IMG/VR virus record: IMGVR_UViG_3300037294_000176
Span: 7,399 to 71,398 of that record
DNA from: a virus
Length of the DNA: 64,000 bases
Strand: one strand, 5' to 3'
The notes under the pieces are model-generated. The model was not told where the DNA came from. It saw only the letters and a list, made by a program, of their open reading frames with translations, and searched no databases. Of this stretch, positions 63,760-64,000 are shown in pieces. Each line of letters begins with the position of its first letter. The stretch's first letter is position 1. The position numbers were made by a program, and so were the translations under genes.

Positions 63760-63844
63760 GTGAGCGTGGCGGAATTGGTAGACGCCCCAGACTTAAAATC
63801 TGGTATCTTCTGGTGTACGGGTTCGAGTCCCGTCGCTCACACCA
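63760..63844 (+). tRNA. tRNA-Leu (anticodon UAA)
   Basis: Acceptor GTGAGCG/CGCTCAC, D-loop GGAATTGGTAGAC, anticodon arm CCAGA-CTTAAAA-TCTGG, variable arm, GGTTCGAGTCC, encoded ACCA. Confidence 0.95.
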
Positions 63845-64000
63845 ACCAGAAAGAAGATATAATGCCTCTTACTACAGAAGATGCGGCTGTGAAGTTTAAC
63901 GACCAAGACATGTACTCATTTGAAGAGATTGCTCAGAAGTTTAAGGAGATGTGGTCATGACAGCTTGCTATCTGTTTTCCGTAGCAAACAAAGATAAACT

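Noticed and set aside
63760-63960. 66-aa ORF beginning at 63760
   Set aside because: Its 5' part is the tRNA-Leu gene; at most a short ORF from the ATG near 63862 is real
1-64000. Integrase, repressor, introns or inteins
   Set aside because: None recognised; TerL, Pol A, helicase and NrdAB appear uninterrupted and no lysogeny genes are visible

Overview
A 64-kb segment of a lytic tailed dsDNA phage with siphovirus-type morphogenesis genes. Essentially all credible genes are on the + strand. Gene order: terminase; an inserted cassette of fibre-like structural genes; portal; a 1542-aa protein fusing a MuF/SPP1-gp7-type minor head domain to a complete T7-like single-subunit RNA polymerase; scaffold; capsid; connector and tail genes (with a lambda-type GGGAAAG -1 frameshift); a 3274-aa tape measure; a 2420-aa tail tip; holin and endolysin; small early-type genes; a second, stand-alone T7-like RNAP; a T7-like replication and nucleotide-metabolism block (SSB, dNTP diphosphohydrolase, Pol A, exonuclease, primase-helicase, NrdAB, dCMP deaminase, ligase, nucleotidyltransferase); more small genes; and tRNA-Leu(UAA). 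The most notable system is an apparent two-polymerase transcription programme. It has a probably virion-packaged MuF-RNAP, a second RNAP, and two distinct repeated intergenic promoter-like motifs (CCCGTTRAMTTAACCC x4; TGCG-N8-GGTAYCTTATATGA x2). There is also a five-copy family of covarying H-type RNA pseudoknots downstream of stop codons. All protein calls come from motif recognition by eye, not from database searches.
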